DNA of 64,000 bases from Octopus sinensis (GCF_006345805.1 NC_043024.1:17112001-17176000), one strand, 5' to 3'; shown: positions 39,281 to 53,040, counted from the first letter of the stretch. A program made the numbers and translations. The notes: generated by a model from the letters alone, not told the origin.

Positions 39281-39513
39281 TATTTCTTTACTACCCACAA
39301 GGGGCTAAACACCGAGGGGACAAACAAGGACAGACAAAGGGATTAAGTCGATTACATTGACCCCCAGTGCGTAACTGGTACTTAATTTATCGACCCCGAA
39401 AGGATGAAAGACAAAGTCGACCTCGGCGGAATTTGAACTCGGAACGTAACGACAGACGGAATACGGCTACGCATTTCATCCGGCGTGCTAACGGTTCTGC
39501 CAGCTCGCCGCCT
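39281..39513 (-). mobile_element. Young S2 SINE inserted into an S1 SINE, 16-bp TSD
   Basis: AGTGTCTTCTAATATA at 39265-39280 and 39514-39529. Confidence 0.92.
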
Positions 39514-39597
39514 AGTGTCTTCTAATATAGCCTCGAGCCAACCAAAGATTTGGTAGATAGAAACTGAAAGAAGCCCATCATATATATATATATATAT

Positions 39598-39793
39598 ATA
39601 TAATATTATTAGAGACAAAACCACTATTATGCAAATCAAACAAAGAAAGACTTAATCCAATACATAAAAAATTTTATATAAATTAAATATAATTATAATT
39701 ATATTTAATTTATATAAAAATTTTTATGTATTGGATTAAGTCTTTCTTTGTTTGATTTGCATAATAGTGGTTTTGTCTCTAATAATATTATAT
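39598..39793. repeat. Spacer-less AT-rich palindrome, ~98-bp arms
   Basis: Symmetry centre 39695/39696 (AATTAT|AATT region); one mismatch noticed; sits in the TA tract of an S1 SINE. Confidence 0.95.
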
Positions 39794-39871
39794 TATATTT
39801 TACTATAAAATTGGATTCAATCCTAAATCTGATTTTTCCCTGTAAATTTGGATTTATTCCCTAATATTTAT

Positions 39872-39919
<48 letters not shown>

Positions 39920-40868
39920 ATGTTTGTGTGTCTCTGTTTGTCCCCCCACCATCGCTTGACAACCAATGTTGGTGTGTTTATGTTCTTGTAACCTAGTGGT
40001 TCTTGCAACTTAGTACTAGGTTTACAGATAATAAGTCCTGGGGTCGATTTGTTCGACTAAAGGCAGTGCTCCAGCATGGCCACAGTCAAATGACTGAAAC
40101 CAATAAAAGAATACTTATACTCATGCAGACACACACACTGATAAACTCAGTGGTAGCGATATACTTCTATAGAGTGTGAGAATGAGTGTGGTAAAAATGT
40201 ATAGAGATTGAGAAAGTTTACCATGAGAAAACGAAAAAGATAGACGAATAGAAAGGGAGAGAAAAGATTTTTTCTGTTGCTGACGCAAATTTTGAAATTT
40301 TAAAATTAATTGAAAATTTTAAAATTTAGTATGTTGATGTACTTTTTCAATGCCATCATTTTTCATCCAGTCAGAAAAGAGGATTTGTGCATAATGGCTG
40401 TCATAAAATGAAAGTAAACAAGATAAGATGAGGTTTTAAACAAACTGAAAGCAATACATAGGAGATAATACACATGCAAACAGAGTGAGTGTCAAAGAGT
40501 ATGTTAAAGATATATACAGAGAGAGAGAGATACATTGGTGTTGAAAGACTGTGAGTGGGAGAGTTGTTGATATGAAAGTTAAATTATTTCTTATAGAGAA
40601 TTATATTTTTTACTATTATTTATGGACAACCTTATCTTTGAGATGCAGATTTTGAAAATCAAAATCATTTTACATGAGGATGCACCATTTCCAAGCCATT
40701 TTTGGCTAGATACACATACATAACTACATACAGTCACATTTATTTAGTGTATATACATATAATCATACATACATATATATATATATATGATCTGTGATCT
40801 CTTGAGCACCACCAGCAAATATATTTTTCTCCTCTGTCTTCCCTTCTCGGGATCTTTCCTTCTCCTTT

Positions 40869-40903
40869 GTTTCCGACGAAGAGCTCCGCTCGAAACGTTA
40901 AAC
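40869..40903 (+). ncRNA. Minimal hammerhead-like motif with U4C deviation
   Basis: GUUU CCGACGA A GAGC UCC GCUC GAAA CG U U AAAC: 4-bp stem I, 4-bp stem II, palindrome ACGU, GUU site. Confidence 0.6.
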
Positions 40904-40996
40904 CCTCCTTCCCTTCTTTCCTGAGCGTCAAATAATACTTTAATTGTTCCACGTCCTCGCGTTGCTGTGTTTTTTTCTGTGTTTTCTTGTTTAGAT

Positions 40997-41029
<33 letters not shown>

Positions 41030-41031
<2 letters not shown>

Positions 41032-41455
41032 TTGTTGTTGGCATCCTTTTGTCTCGGGAGACAATGGAGTTGCGCATAAACTGGTTTTTACATTTCATGT
41101 CCTCTCCAATTTCCTCTCCAGTTTTGTGCAGGCCTGGGCTAGATGTAAGAAACTCCTGGGTAACCCAATTGTCAGGATTCCTCTCTTGACCTTGCTGACA
41201 AAGTCCAAAGGAGTGCAGAGCATTACGTTTGGCACCAGCTTGGTTGAAGAAGCTGCCAGAAGGGATTTGAGTTGAACATTAAACTGCCGATGGGGCTCCA
41301 CTCCTGATTTCTTTGAAGGTTGTCTCCTTTCTGTAACCCTGGATAGGGGATGGGGCCATACCGGGTACTGTCAGCCGAAGCCAGCTGAGCCCAGGACTCG
41401 TGTCAGGCAGGGTCGTCAGTCCCTGAAGTAGTGAAGAAAATCGCTACCCACTACC
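41030..41455 (-). mobile_element. RTE-derived short retroposon with (CAA)n tail
   Basis: Minus strand ends ...CTCCCGAGACAAAAGGATGCCAACAACAAC, resembling RTE 3' ends; the body shares CTGGTGCCAA with the 33680 and 46000 elements. Confidence 0.55.
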
Positions 41456-41504
41456 TAATATATATATATATATATATATATATGAGATCCCTTATTCACT
41501 ACGG

Positions 41505-41540
<36 letters not shown>

Positions 41541-41741
41541 GCAACAACAACAATAACAATAATAATGGTTTAAAATTCGGGTACAGAGCCATCAGTTTTT
41601 GAAGGGAGGGGTTTACTCAATGGTTTACCAGAGCTCAACAGGTACTTATTTTATTTTGCCTGAAAGGAGGACAAAGTCGACCTTCGTGGAATTTGAACTC
41701 AGAACGTAAGGATGGACGAAATGTCACCATGCATGTTGATG

Positions 41742-41772
<31 letters not shown>

Positions 41773-44700
41773 TGATAATAATAATAGTAATAATAATAAT
41801 AATAATGTTAATAAGAGTAATAATAATAATAATAATGGTAATAAGAGTAATAGCAACAGTAGTAGTAAATGAAAGACTTTATGAAATACTTTTACCTTCT
41901 CCTCCAAGTCGACAATTTTTAATATCCTGATTAATCTGAATATTTTTCCAATAAGCAAAATTAATTTAGAAATCTTATTAACAAAATTAATTTTACTTTC
42001 TCATCTTTTTTTTCTTTTTCTATTTATTTTTCTTTCTCTCTTTTTTTTTCATTTTTTGCAGAGGGAGGAAGAATGGGATGTAAATTTAATTTTTTTTTAT
42101 ATATATATATTTTTTATTTTTCTATTTTGGGTTTTATTTTCTTTGCTCGGTCACCAAGTTTTGAGCCGATAATCACATATTAACTAACACAATGTATGGC
42201 TGTCTGCTAATGAACTTTGGTTAACGCAATCTATTATATGCTTGCTGAAGTCATCGCTACCACCACCTTCATAATAATCATCATCATCATTTACATCATC
42301 ATCATCTACATCATCATCATCTACATCATCATCACCACCATTGTCTTCATGTTCATCATCATCATTATCGTCATTATCATCTTCATCATCATCATCATCA
42401 TCATCATCACCACCAGCATCACCATATTAATCACTACAACATCTTTAATGTTGTTCCTATCATCGATTTTCCTCTCTCTCACTCCCCCCTTTTCTCAGCT
42501 TTCCACTTTTCCTTCTCCTCTTCCTCCTCCTCCTCCTCATCATCATCATCACTACTACCTCCACCATCACCACCAGCATTGTAATAATGCTCGTTTCAAA
42601 TTTTGGTACAAGGCCAGCAATTTCAGGGCAGGTGGTGGGGTAAGTCAATTACATCAACCCCAGTATTCAACTGGTACTTACCTTATTGATCCCAAAAGGA
42701 CGAAAGGTAAAGTCAACCTCAGCAGAACCACCACAAATACAACCACCTTCACTATCATCACACTGTTGAAGAATGTACCCAATGGGATGTGAATGTATGC
42801 AGGTGTGTGTGTTTGATTATCGCATTGAAATGAGGATGTTGACAATGATGATAACAACGAGAGCAATGAAAATGGCAACAGGAATGATGATGATGATGAT
42901 GGGAAGGACAAAGATGTCACAATGACAACCTCCATTATGGCGATGACAATGAAATGATGAAATGATGACAGCAACAACAACTACAACGATGATGATGATC
43001 ATCATCATCATGCCAACAAGTGGAAATGGAGGTGGAGATGAGTGTGATAGTGGTGGTGCACAAGAAGAAGAAGAGGGGGAGGAGGAGGAGGCAGAAGAGG
43101 ATTATGATGAGGATAATGATGAAGGCGAACCAGTTAAATTAACTTTTCAAAGCCAGAAGCTTCTAAAAATTAATTTAGCAGTTTCACTTGTAGATTTACA
43201 TTTAGTTGTCTATTGGTGGGTAGGTGACAGGGTCCAGGAGTATGGAGAGGGAACCCCTGCAGGGGGTTGGAATGTTTTTCTGTCTACATTTCTTGTATTT
43301 TCATAACATCTCCCCCTCTACTCTTTTATTCCGTTTCTATTCTGTTGTTCTGTTATTCTTGTTCATCAATTTCTTCATTCATTTCTCATTTGTCCTTTCA
43401 TATATTCTTTTATTCATTTTTCTTTAGCCTTTCATCTCAGCAGTGAATTGGCTGAGTGGTTAGAGTATGGGACCAAATGCCTTGTGGCGTTTGTTTTGGT
43501 TCTCTACACCCTAGGTTCATGTCCAGCTGAGGTCACATTTTCTTGTCTTCCATTCTGGGTTAATATAGAATAACAGCCCGAAATGGTGGAATTGTAGAAT
43601 TCGTGGAGTAATAGATAAGGTGCTTTGCTATGCTTGTTCCAGCAGAGGTTTCTAGCCTAAGATCAAACCCTACCAGGGTCAACTTTGCCTTTCATCCCTT
43701 TATTTGTGTTGGGGGTAGGGACCTTAAAACATATTCTTAGAAGATGGAATGGCCTCTGGCTGACCAAAGCCTTGTGAGTGGATTTGGTAGAAAGAAACTG
43801 AAAGAAGCCTGTCATCTCTCTATATATATATATGTGTGTGTGTGTGTATGTATATGTTTGTGTGTCTGAGTTTGTCCCCCTGACATTGCTTGACAACCAA
43901 TGCTGGTATGTTTATGTCCTTGTCACTTAGTGGTTCAGCAAGAGAGACCGATAAAATAAGTACTAGGCTTACAAAGAATAAGTCCTGGAGTCGATTTGCG
44001 TGACTAAAGGTAGTACTCCAGCATGGCCACAGTCAAATGACTGAAACAAATAAAAGAATAAAAAAACATTTAAAATTAATTGAAAGAAACACAGAGCATC
44101 TTAAAATAAATACAGTAACGAAAGGGGTAAGTGGTGAGCTGGCAGAATCGTTAGCATGCTGGGCAAAACGCTTAGCAGCATTTCATCTATCATCGTGTTC
44201 TGAGTTCAAATTCCATCGAGGTCAAATTTGCCTCTTGAGGTCAATAAAATGGGTACCAGGTATCACAGGGGTCAATGTAATTGACTTATTCCTTCCCTTA
44301 AAACTGCAGGCTTTGTACCAAAATCTATATTTTACTCATTCTTTTTTTTTCTTGTCATCTCTTTCCTTTTCTTTTATTTTTCCATAGAATTTCACCTACG
44401 TCTTTATTCACCTTTGTCTATTCTGTTATTCTTTCTCACCTATTCCTTTTTTTTCATTCTTTTCCTTCTATTCTGTAATTCCTCACTTTGCTCTTTTTTT
44501 TCATTCTACCATTTCACTTTTAGCCTCATTTATTAATTGCCACCATTTATGAGTGTGTGTGTGTAGGTTTGATGTTACAACAAGAGAAAAAGAACTCAAT
44601 ATGAAATTGCAGCACGTGTGTGTGTGTGTGTATCTTTATAATTTAACTGTAACACTATATACTAAATGCTCATTTCAATCATGTAGTTTTACAGCTGCAC

Positions 44701-45189
44701 ACACACACACACACACACATTCTATATTCACTTCCAAAGTTCATTTGACATTTTTTTCCCCTTCTTGAATCTCAAAAACCAATTTTATTTTTTCCCTTTA
44801 CAAGACACGGGGATCTGTCTTCATCACCAAAAGTTTGAAATTGGATCTGCTATTTATTCCTTGATTATTCATTTACTATCATTATTGGTTTTTCTTTCAC
44901 TTATTTTCCTTCATCATTTGCCATTCTAGATTTCCCCTGTACTCTTGGTTTTTTACTCTAAGTCCCACTCTATGTCTTCCCATCCAAGTATCAGCACCAA
45001 ATGCACTGTGTATGCTCATATATACAAGCATCCATGTGTGTGTGTGTGTGTACAAGTATCTATCTATCTGTCTGTCTGTCTGTCTGGCTGTCTGTCTGTC
45101 TGGCTGTCTGTCTGTCTATCAATATATATTTATATATATAATCCCTTACTATATACACACACACATATACATACACCTACATAATACAG

Positions 45190-45540
45190 ACACATACATA
45201 TGTACATGCACTCACACACACATACATACATGCATACACACACGGACATACATATATACATACATACACTCACACAGATATACATACATATGTAAACACA
45301 TGCATACATACATACACACACATACATACATGCACTCACATATACACATATACATACACATACATACACATACATACTTACATACATACATGCACTCACA
45401 CACATATACGTACACACACATACATACATACATACATACATACACGTACACACACATGCATACATGCACACACATACATATATATATACATGCATACATA
45501 CATACATACATACAGACATACATACATTTATTCATGTATA
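45190..45540. repeat. (CATA)/(CA) microsatellite
   Basis: Direct reading. Confidence 0.9.
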
Positions 45541-46664
45541 TATAAATTTTTTTGTCCGCATTAGTAAGAAAATGGTAAAAACTCTCCCAGTTCTGTGTCT
45601 TAAACCTTTCTTTTCTTTTTATCTCACATGATGGAACCCAATTTCATTCTGGTCTTCAATGTCTTTATTACAAAATGTCTCTGTTATAAAAACCTGTTTA
45701 TTCATAGAAAAATTCCAACTTAGAATTGAAAAATATAATTACTCCACATTTTGCTCAGACCCCAAATGGTTTTCTGCCCTTCCTTGTATTCTCCACTCAC
45801 CCTGCTTCATTTCACCATTCATTGACGTTTATTTTTCTCTACAAGCATGTACTAGAAGAGAGAAAGGGTTTTTATGGCTTGACACTTCTTATTGTCAACC
45901 CTTGTATCTGGTATTTTTAACTGGTTCCTGAATTTATGGTCCTTCTGTGCATTGTTAACCAGGAAGTGTTTCCCCTTATTGTTTTTGTAACATACTGTTG
46001 GTTTAAGTGGAGGTGTATGCCTCTGTGGTTGAGCATCGGGCTCAAAATCATGAGGTAGTGAGTTCAATTCCCAGACTGTAATGTTCTTGAACAAGACACT
46101 TTATTCCACATTGCTCCAGTTCACTCATCTGTAGAAATGTATTGCAACATCACTGGTGCCAAGCTGTATCAGCCTTTGCCTTTCCTTTGGGTAACATCGA
46201 TGGTGAGGAGGCTGGTATGCATGAGCGGCTGCTGGTTTTCCATAAAACAACTTTGCATAGGAGGGGTGCAATTCCATGTTTATTCAGGATCAAAGGGGGT
46301 CTTTACCCTTTTATTAGTGTCAATCTATTATTTGGTGTGTCACAGTTTTCGTTACGTGTTCATTTGTTCTATATATGGCACACATTCAATTATTTCAGTA
46401 GATCTTGCGTGTAATTTTTTGGGTTTTACTGGGGAGCACAATAACAATATTCTACTCTCTTTTTTACTCTTTTACTTGTTTCAGTCATTTGACTGCGACC
46501 ATCCTGGAGCACTTCCTTTAGTCTAGCAAATCGATCCCAGGACTTATTCTTTGAAAGCCTAGTACTTATTCTATTGGTCTCTTTTGCCGAACTGCTAAGT
46601 TACGGGGATGTAAACATACCAGCATTGGTTGTCAAGCGATGTTGGGGGGGGACAACCCCCCCAC

Positions 46665-46731
<67 letters not shown>

Positions 46732-49061
46732 ATATATTATATATATATAATATATATATACGATGGGCTTCTTTCAGTTTCCGTCTACCAAATCCACTCA
46801 CAAGGCTTTGGTCAACCCGAAGCTATAGTAGGAGACACTTGCCCAAGGTACCATGCAGTGGAACTGAACCCGGAACCATGTGGTTGGCAAGCAAGCTACT
46901 TACCACACAGCCACTCCTACGCCTATATTCCAATATAACCGATATTCTTTTATAAATTTTATTGTAAAAGTGAAGGTTGCAAATTTAATGATTCCAACTG
47001 TTACATCGGCCAAGCAAGTACAACATAACACTCTCTTGTAGGCTGCTCATGAATTTAAAACGAAGAGCAATTGAAATACTCTGCCATGGAACAAAGCTAG
47101 ATAGGGAAATATTGACTTCAAATTTTGGCACAGGGCCATCAAATTTGGGTGAGAGGGTGCAAGATGATTACATTGACCCAAGTTCTCAGCAGGTACTTCT
47201 TTTGACAACCCACAAAAGGATGAAAGGCAAAGTCAACCTTGGGAGAATTTGAACCCAGAACATAAAGATGGATTAAATACTGCTAAGCATTCTGTCAGCT
47301 TGCTGCCTTTAGATAGAGAAATATTCTTTTCTACTCTAGGCACAAGACCCAAGATTTTGGGGGAGGGGGCCAGTCAATTAGATTGACCCCCAGTATGCAA
47401 CTGGTACTTAATTTATTGAACCCAAAAGGATGAAAGGGAAAGTCAACCTTGGTGGAATTTGTACTCAGAATGTAAAGGCAAACAAAATACCACTAAGTAT
47501 TTCGCCCAGTGTGCTAACGTTTCTTATTTCTTTATTGCCCACAAGGAGCTCCACACGTAGGGGACAAACAAGGACAGACAAACAGATTAAGTTGATTATA
47601 TCGACCTCAGTGCATAACTGGTACTTATTTAATCGACCCCGAAAGGATGAAAAGCAAAGTCGACCTCGGTGGAATTTGAACTCAGAACATAGCTGCAGAC
47701 GAAATACTGCTAAGCATTTCATCTGGCGTGCTAACGTTTCTTCCAGCTCATCACCTCTAGATAGGAAAATATTGACAGAAAAACTTCTATACTTTATGGA
47801 ATTCCCCACAGAATTAGACAATATATTATGGAAGCAATATCCATCACAAAGCAGTGCTACGATTAAAACACAACTTACGTATGTAACAAATGCAAATCGA
47901 ACAATGTTGACCTTTAATACTTCAATGGTCAAGTTCTGACCATTAGAAATCTATATAAACATAATGTTCTCTCTATAAAAAGGGGACAACATAGATGTCA
48001 AAATTACTCCATTTCCTAAATATTGCTTGGAAATGTTAATAAAGATGGATTTGGATACTCTATGGTTCCAAACAAACAACAAGGATCTGATATAAAAATA
48101 TGAGAATACTCTAAGGAGAAGAGGCTCAACTGGAATACAGTTTCTTTTGATATGTTTATTATCCAGTCGTGCTGCTTTCATGGATTTCACCGATTCTGTC
48201 ACCAATCAGTTCTATTGGAGTTGGGAGCCTGAGTCAGGATAAATCTCGCATTAGCTGATTACACAACCATTGATGCTACCCCTAAGGATGCATTGTAGGT
48301 ATTATTTTGATAGAGTTTATTGATCCTGACCGTTGATCTTTTAGAATCCTCCACTCAGCATCAAAGTTACAAACTCCATTGGCTCAGTTGAGCTCTACTA
48401 CTGCCTCCTTAAAATCCACCACACCACAGATCCATAACTTTGCCATATCCCTGGCAGGGTGGTTGAACAGGTGCTATGCCTTGCCAAAGGGCAACCCATA
48501 AATATGAAGGGTACAGCTGTTACTCTGTGGGTGGTTTCAAGATGTCTGCAGACCTGCATTTTGATATCTAATCTGTAAATATTGATGGTATGGTAGGGTG
48601 GTTCTGTTGGTAAGAGTTGCATTTTGGTCGGTATTACAGAACTTTCATACCTTGTTTGTGAGTGGTTTTAACTATGAAACTACTTAAAGGTGGTTGGCGT
48701 TATAAAAGGCATCCAGCTGTAGAAACACTGCCAAATCAGACTAGAGCCTGGTGTAGCCTCCATGGCTTCCAGACCCCGGTTGAACCGTCTCCAACCCATG
48801 CTAGCCGGGAATACGGACATTAAATGATGATGATGATGATGATATGTAACAGACTTTCTGATGTTCTATGAAGTAATTCATGGTTGGATGGCTTATGCTA
48901 ACATGTCTGAAATTTACATTAGTGAGAAATGAGGAGCTATTTTATGGGTGAAGGAGTTTGGTTCATTTTACCGAAATTTTCTATTAAACTAATTAAAGAT
49001 TTTTGTTTATTCTGTCATTGGAAACCATATCTTTTATTTACTCAAAGTTTTTGAGTATGGT

Positions 49062-49131
<70 letters not shown>

Positions 49132-50745
49132 TCCTATGCCTTCAAGTTAATAAATACCTGGTAACTTCCATATCAAGCATCTTATCCTTGTAATGGAATT
49201 TTTATGGAAAAATACATAAAAAGTTTCCTACTGTCTTTGAATATAATTTGTCTGCTAGATACAGAAAAGTTTATCACACCTGTCTGGACACACAATATGT
49301 AAATTACCGGAACAAATATCAAAATACTGTGTCTAAATGTCTAAAAATTCTGACAGTTCATTCTCTTCAGTTGGACTAAGGACTAAAGTCAAAGTGACTT
49401 TCAGAACAGAAAGACCTAGAACAAACAGTGCGAAAGACACCATTTACAAATACTGTGATGGTTTGTTAATGAATATAAGAATGAGTGTGTGATGAGGAAT
49501 TAATTAATGCACCACAGCGATAGAACTGCAATGTGTGCGAGGAAATATAAGAGAGAGAATGTCTGAAAATAAATTTAGTTTGGAGAGGGGTTAACTCTAA
49601 AATGATTCTCACATCCAAGAATAAATACATGTTCTTCGAGACAATTAAATAACTCACTCTCTTCATCTCACTCGATCTCTCACTCGCTTTCATTTTCAAT
49701 CCCATTCTCCCTCACATCCACTCATACGTCTACCTACCCAGAATCTATCATTAAATTTGACAGTAAGTGAATGACAAGACATTAAACAACACACCACACA
49801 GCATATGACTGTATTACTTTCTGTGTAAGAATATGTATTTAGACAAGATTTAAAAATAATTTCGGTGAAATGATGATGACGGTGGTTTAACTCCAAAATT
49901 AGTCTTAGGTGTAACACTAAATACTGATTCTCACAGAGCATTAGTACACACACACACACTCTCTCTCTCTCTCTTGGCAATTGGTCCGAAAGGAAGTGCC
50001 GTTCTTCATAAAGATGTTATTAGTTGATGTATTACTCTAATCCACACACTTGGGCAAGACATGTGAACAGTTACACCAAGCACAATCTACTCATCAATTT
50101 TATTCTTAAACAGATAATCAATATTTTCATGTAATCCTCTCTATTTCTTATCTGGAAATATCACGGGGAGCCGGCAGAGGAAGGGGCAGTGGCAGGAGGA
50201 GGGAATAGACGTCTGTGCTTGTGCGAATATATGTATGTATATTTTCTGTGTGTCTCTTTATATATACAAATGTGTGTGTGTGTCTGTGCATGTATGTATG
50301 TACACATATGTGCACATTTTTGTACATTGCTACTATTTCTGTCTTTCACTCTCTTCCACCTTTTACTGTCATCTTGTTACTTTATTTCTTCTCTTCTCTC
50401 ATTAACTCACTGTCTCTCTCTCTCTCTCTTCTTATACATATATATGTATTCATGCATGTGTGTGTATACATTCATACATACATATATCAATTTCTATATA
50501 TACATATATATTATGAAGAGAAATAACTTAGTGGCATATATTTGAACAGCAAAAATGAATAAGGTGTGTGTGTGTGTCCTTGTGTATCAATGATTTTCAG
50601 TCTGTCTTCCGGTTAGTTTCCAGGCAATTTATAAAAACTTCAAAATAAAATAGTACGTAAAACATTGTAAAAATATGTAAATTTAAATATTACTGTATGT
50701 AAAACTAAACATAAATCTATATAAATTAAAATAAAACTATATATA

Positions 50746-51290
50746 TAGTCATAAAATACAGCATACATTTAAACATGTGAGGAATCTACTCGTGGGATTC
50801 AACACGCTAGAAAGAACAGCTAGGTTCTATAACCACAAAATTAAGGATAAAATTCGACAGGAACGAAATGAAAAATAAAAACATTTTACCATCTAGAATC
50901 CTGAACCAATTGGTTTCTGATTTTAGTTTAGCAAGTAAATAACATATACTTACCAGGTGAAGTTGTCCTCAGCAGGAACACCTTCAGTTAAATATATAAA
51001 CACGAGGCGATCAAACTATGTGCCTCTTGTTTATACATCCTAATGTAACCCAAGGTGTTCCTGCTGAGGACGATTTCACCTAGCGAGTATATGTTATTTA
51101 CTTGCTAAACTAAAATCAGAAACCAATTGGTTCAGGAAACTAGATGGTAAAATGTTTTTATTTTTCATTTCGTTCCTGTCGAATTTTATTCCTAATTTTG
51201 TGGTTATAGAACCTAGCTGTTCTTTCTAGTGTGTTGAATCCCACAAGTGGATTCCTTATGTATTTAAATGTATGCTGTATTTTATGACTA
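50746..51290. mobile_element. ~545-bp fold-back element with a divergent pair of hammerheads
   Basis: ~270-bp imperfect arms meeting near 51018. Both arms keep CUGAGGA, GAAA, ACCAAUUGGU and GUU. Confidence 0.85.
51057..51140 (+). ncRNA. Type I hammerhead ribozyme motif, canonical core, long stem II
   Basis: Stem I UUCCUG/CAGGAA; CUGAGGA 51064-51070; stem II GAUUU..UAGCGAGUA/UACUUGCUA..AAAUC; GAAA 51119-51122; stem III ACC-AAUU-GGU; GUU site 51130-51132. Confidence 0.8.
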
Positions 51291-51379
51291 ATACATAGTC
51301 TTTGGACTAAATTTTTACACGTTAGGCCACTGGAAATGGAAATTTTGATTAATTTCCATTTCCCTTTGATATGATTAAG

Positions 51380-51416
<37 letters not shown>

Positions 51417-51971
51417 CACATACCTACATACATACATACATATATAATATATATATACATATATATATGTACACTCACACATACACACAGATATATATAC
51501 ACACACAGATAGATGGATATGTAGATGTGAGTGTGGCTGTGTGGTAAGAAGTTTGATTCCTTGCCACATGGTTCTGGGTTCAGTTCTACTGCATGGTATC
51601 TTGAGCAAGTCTTTTTTACTATAGTCTCAGGATGACCAAAGTCTTGTAAGTGGATTTGGTAGATGGTAACTGAAAGAAGACCATTGTATGTGAGTGTGTG
51701 TGTGTCTGTGTTTGTCCCCACTTCCACTTGGCAATTGGTGTTGGTGTGTTTATGTCCCTGTAACTTAGTGGTTCAGCAAAAGAAATCAATGGAATTACTA
51801 TCAGAATTAAAAACTTAAGTTCTAGGCTTGATTTGTGTGACTGATACTTTTCTAGGCAGTGCCCCAGCATGGCCACAGTCTAATGACAGATGCAAGATAA
51901 GAAATACAGTAAAATTAAAGTGTACAACATTATAAAGCAATTTATAAACTCATTAATTTGATATTAATCAA

Positions 51972-52312
51972 TATGAAGGGCATTCGAAAAGTATCCGACC
52001 TTTGGACTTTAAAAAAAAACAAAACAATTTTGTACTTTTCACAAATTTTATTTAATCACCTTCAGAATGCTCCCCTTGCGGGGTTTACTCTCTTCTTGCA
52101 GCTGTTCTGCCACTGCTGGTAACATCTCTTAAATGCCCTCCCTGGAATGCTATGAAGCTTTGCTACCACTTTTCTCATAATATTCTTAAATGGCTTCTCT
52201 TTCAGTGTGGTTTCAGTTTGGGAAAGAGCCAGAAGTCCGATGGGGCCAAGTCAGGAGGGTAAAGAGTCTGTCAAACAAATGATGTATTGTTCTTGACCTG
52301 GACAGCTTGGAT
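51972..52312 (-). pseudogene. Mariner transposase 3' relic with terminal inverted repeat
   Basis: LYPPDLAPSDFWLFPKLK (YSPDLAP motif), CYQQWQNSCKKRVN, GEHSEGD*, then TIR-like TA-TGAAGGGCATTCGAAAAGTATCCGACC. A second TIR-like TA-CAAGGTGCATTCAAAAAAGATATCTGAC starts at 52313. Confidence 0.85.
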
Positions 52313-52740
52313 TACAAGGTGCATTCAAAAAAGATATCTGACTTTATTTTTTAACTGACACTCTCCGTATGTACAAATTCTCCGTTAAAATGGAATACAC
52401 TGATCCTGTTTTTATTTCCATTTTGTGAGTAATTTCCTGGATTTCTAAGAATTCTGCCAATTCATTCTCTTTGGTTGGTTATTTATTTTATCAACACCCC
52501 AGAAGGACTAAAAATCAAAGTGACTTTCAGAACAGAAAGACCTAGAACAAACAGTACAAAAGATACCATTTACAAATACTGTAATGAATTTAAGAATGAG
52601 TGTGTGGTGAGGAATTAATTAATGCACCACAGCGATAGAACTGTGATGTGTGTGAGGAAATATAAGAGAGAGAATGTCTGAAAATAAATTTAGTTTGGAG
52701 AGGGGTTAACCCTAGAATGATTCTCACATCCAAGAATAAA

Positions 52741-53040
52741 TGTTCTCCATCACTTTTCACCAAACCTTCTCCATCAGCTCCTTGTTTTAGATTGTGCATG
52801 GTCTGTGTGAGCATGCTTTGATCTCAACTGAGGTGTGGCAATGTTTGAAGCAGTTATACCTCATCTTGGTCTGAGTTTTGCCCATGACATCATCACAAAA
52901 GGCCTGTTGAGTCTTCTGGATGGTTTGATCTTGAGTATCAACAAGCTTTTGGCAAAACTTCATGTAATATTTCTGCTTAATGTATCAGGTCATCTTGTGT
53001 GAAAATGAAAAATCTGACGAGAGTCCACTAAACATCTATA
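52741..53040 (-). pseudogene. Mariner transposase N-terminal (HTH) relic
   Basis: MT*YIKQKYYMKFCQKLVDTQDQTIQKTQQAFCDDVMGKTQTKMRYNCFKHCHTSVE... resembles mariner EQR..IKFC.KLG....ETI..IQ.AFGD.AM...Q...W..RFK.G.TSVE. Confidence 0.85.
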
